From Callorhinchus milii (taxonomy: Eukaryota): 64,000 bases of DNA. The notes beneath the pieces were generated by a model. The model did no database searches. It was not told the origin of the DNA and saw only the letters and a list, made by a program, of their open reading frames with translations. Shown in pieces: positions 63,241-64,000 of this stretch. The stretch lies in assembly GCF_018977255.1 (NCBI RefSeq), contig NW_024704743.1, forward strand, positions 6,450,001 to 6,514,000, written 5' to 3'. A program made the translations under genes and the position numbers. Positions within the stretch are counted from its first letter, which is position 1. Each line of letters opens with the position of its first letter.

Positions 63241-64000
63241 TTAGATATCAACAGACGTTGACAGGGGTGGAATTTTCTGTGATTACCACCAAAGAAAATC
63301 AATACTTCACATAGTAAAGACATTCATTTTAGTTGCAATACTTGTTTTCCTTAATTTAAGTGATTGATTATTGATAATGAACAGAATGCATGTCCAGTGC
63401 AATAACCTGATTTCAGAAAATATTGCATCGATTATTTGAAGGAAAACCTTTCATCTTTAAAAACTCCGAAATTTGGAAACGGAACAGTATTTTTTGAATG
63501 ATTTGTGGCCCGTTTGATATTAGTGCCGTTTTTTTTTTTTTTCCGTTCACAGTGTGAAAGGGTTAAATAAGTAGATGGAATGAAGTAGGATTTGCAGGCC
63601 ACCATATGTTGCACTGAGGAGACTAACTTGGCTGCTCCTTGAAACCAGAATTGCCTTTGTGCTCTCTGTGCAGATAATGAAGTAGAACGTGGCAGAGAAG
63701 GCTTCATGCTGATTGTGGTCGCAAAGGGATCAGAAGACATGTAGCCAGCAGCAAGCACTGTCTAAACAGCACAGCTGTCCTGCCAGCTGGAGGAAGCCCC
63801 GAGTTTAAGCAATTGACACACTCGAGAAACTCTAGACTTGTCTGTTAATGTTATTTAATCTAGAAGACGTGAAAAGCCCTATATCAAATGCAATAATAAT
63901 AATTATTATTATTACTTAATCTCAGTGTTATAATCATCTTTTAAAAATTGACCGGAAATTAAATTAAATTAAATTAAACATTGTTGATGGACTAAGATTT

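Overview
This is vertebrate genomic DNA: AT-rich, CpG-depleted and repeat-dense. The L2/CR1 LINE and SINE content suggests a cartilaginous fish, probably a chimaera (inference). The only protein-coding gene I can support is the 3' half of MKX (Mohawk, TALE-class homeobox) on the minus strand. It has four phase-compatible coding exons, each with an AG acceptor and, for the three internal ones, a GT donor (62158-62311, 53739-54071, 32421-32454, 31748-31934), followed by a repeat-free 3' UTR to about 30.2 kb. Upstream MKX exons lie beyond the window; exon numbers 4-7 follow my recollection of the mammalian gene. The rest is intronic or intergenic. It holds many L2 and CR1 fragments, a tRNA(Ala)-headed SINE, older Deu-domain-like SINEs, an unclassified repeat family, and repeat-free blocks that may be conserved non-coding elements. 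Features worth a second look: (i) an old inverted duplication linking 23.3-24.8 kb to 35.8-36.3 kb; (ii) two heavily decayed Ty3/Gypsy-like pol relics that the ORF track does not reveal; (iii) an L2/SINE pair sharing a 3' stem-loop, plus many tail-only insertions; (iv) a CCAAT-TATA-hairpin module; (v) a possible alternative MKX last exon. I found no CRISPR, rRNA or true tRNA genes, and I cannot claim a wholly new system from sequence alone. Repeat boundaries are approximate.
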